Source of the DNA: Hypanus sabinus
Lineage: Eukaryota
Assembly (NCBI RefSeq): GCF_030144855.1
Contig: NC_082712.1
Coordinates: 10,292,001-10,356,000, forward strand
Length of the DNA stretch: 64,000 nt
Reading direction: 5' to 3'
Shown here: piece after piece, positions 62,290 through 64,000 of the stretch
Layout of the letters: every line of letters starts with the position of its first letter
How positions within the stretch are numbered: position 1 is the stretch's first letter
Notes under the pieces: generated by a model
The model's input: the letters and a program-made list of their open reading frames with translations, nothing else
Databases searched by the model: none
What the model was told of the DNA's origin: nothing
Program-made: the position numbers and the translations under genes

Positions 62290-64000
62290 CCATTAAATGG
62301 CTATGGTGTGTTCTTCGCACCAGATGATGGAGAACTGGGAGACACAGAGTCTCCCGGGGAACCACATCTGCGTTAACTGCATCCGGCTGCAGCTCCTCGA
62401 AAACTGTGTTAGGGATCTGGAGCAGCAACTGGATGACCTTCGGCTTGTACGGGAGAGTGAGAAAATAATTGATCAAAGTTACAGGGAAGTAGTCACCCTG
62501 AAGTTGCAGGAAGAGAGTAGCTGGGAAAAATGGAAATAGGCAATTAGAGCAGAGCACCCCTGTGGCCATTCCCTTTAAAAACAGACCGCTTTAAATACTG
62601 CCGTGGGGAATAATGTCCTGGGAGAATACCATGGCGACTGGGTTACAAGCACTGAACTTGGGTCAGTGGTGCTGAAGGGAAAGAGAGAGAAGAAAGGAGC
62701 AGTAGTGATAGGGGACACAATAGTGAGGGGAACAGACAGGAGATTCTGTGGATGTGAATGGGACACCGAGATGGTATGTTGCCTCCCAGGTGCCATGGTC
62801 AGGGATGTGTCAGATTACATCCACAACATTTTGGAGAGCGAGGGAAAGCAGTCAGATGTCTTGGTATATATTGGTACCAATGACTTAGGAAGGAAAAGCA
62901 ATGAGGTCCTGAAAAGAGAATTTAGAGAGCTAGTTAGAAGGCTGAGAAGCAGGAACTCCCCAGTGGTAATGTCTGGATTGCTGCCTGTATCACACAGCAG
63001 TGAAGGTAGAAAAAGGATGATTTGGCAGATTAATGTGTGGCTGAGAAACTGGTGCAGGGAGCAGGGCTTCAGGTACTTGGATCTCTTCTGGAGGAGGTAT
63101 GATCTGTTCAAAAGTGACTGGTTACACCTGAACCCGGGGTCCAATATTCTCGAGAGCTGTTGGGGAGGGTTTAAGCTAATTTGGCAGTGGGGTGGGAACC
63201 AGAGTGGAGACACTCAGGATAGGACAAATAGTAAAAAAGTAAAGATAGCGTGCAGTCAGATTGTCAGGAAGGGCAGGCAGGTGGTGGGACTTAGTTGCAG
63301 CCACCAGGCTGTGTATCAGAACATTAGGGAAGCACAATCAGAAAGGATAGCAAATACAGTACTTGAGGTGTTGTATCTAAATGTGCGTAGTATAAGAAAT
63401 AAGGTGGATTATCTTGTTGCAGTATTGGGGGATCAGCTATACTAGGCTGGGTGTTATGTAATAAACCAGAAGTGATTAAGGAGCTTAAGGTAAAAGGACC
63501 CTAAGAAACTAGTGATCACAATATGATTGAGGTCAACTTATCTGATAGGGAGAGAGTAAAGTCTGATGTAGCAGTATTTCAGTGGAGTATAGGAAATTAC
63601 AGTGGTATGAGAGAGGAGTTGGCCAAAGTAAATTGGAAGGAGCTGCTTGCAGGGATGTCAGCAAAACAGCAAAGGCATGCGTTTCTGGGAAAAATGAGGA
63701 AGATGCAGGACATGTGTATTCCAGAAATGAAGAAATACTCAAATGGTAAAGTAGTACAACCGTGGCTGACAAGGGAAGTCAATGCTATTGTAAAAGCAAA
63801 AGAATGGACATACAACAAAGCAAAAATTAGTGGGAAATTAGAGGATCAGGAAGTTTTTAAAAACCTGTAGAGAACTAAAAGAAATTATTAGAAGGGAAAA
63901 TATGAAATATGAAAGCAAGCTAGCAAATAATATCAAAGTGAATAGTAGAAGTTTTTTCAATAATGTTAAAAATAAGAGAGAAATGAGAATGGATATAGAA
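62290..64000 (+). mobile_element. CR1 5' part: ORF1 (zinc finger, coiled coil, SGNH esterase-like domain) and start of a partly deleted ORF2
   Basis: VCSS..M...HICVNC; VVIGDTIVRG, VYIGTND, DWLHLN; then YLNVRSIRNKVD. Confidence 0.88.

Noticed and set aside
62603-63445. Host SGNH esterase gene
   Set aside because: It is the esterase-like domain of CR1 ORF1, preceded by the ORF1 zinc finger and followed by the ORF2 endonuclease start.

Overview
Eukaryotic, repeat-dense vertebrate genomic DNA. The repeat content (CR1, Rex1/Babar-like, L1, Penelope-derived short elements, Hero, Tc1, Gypsy) is most consistent with a cartilaginous fish, probably a ray or skate; this is an inference. Most ORFs in the supplied track are spurious or transposon-derived. 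The host content is two tandem, minus-strand paralogous genes produced by a local duplication (offset about 33-39 kb), both encoding Siglec-15-like Ig-superfamily proteins. Gene B (ATG 53830) reconstructs in frame across canonical GT-AG phase-1 junctions as leader (53770-53830), V1 (46201-46581), V2 (43171-43563), a transmembrane exon carrying a Lys (36273-36375) and a probable short tail exon (34429-34462). It therefore has a V-V-TM(K) layout rather than the V-C2-TM(K) of canonical Siglec-15. Gene A (ATG 15651) has intact leader (15591-15651), V1 (8302-8685) and V2 (4278-4667) exons. An approximately 110-120 bp deletion has removed the acceptor, the 5' half and the Lys codon of its TM exon, so it is a candidate soluble decoy or a pseudogene. 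V1 keeps the sialic-acid-binding Arg; V2 lacks it and has a long FG loop that differs sharply between paralogs. Other content: a 4.1 kb 40-bp minisatellite, 81-bp tandem arrays, a near full-length decayed L1, a chromodomain Gypsy 3' half with its LTR, and a 195-N assembly gap. Family assignments come from remembered motifs, not database searches. TE boundaries are approximate unless a TSD is cited.
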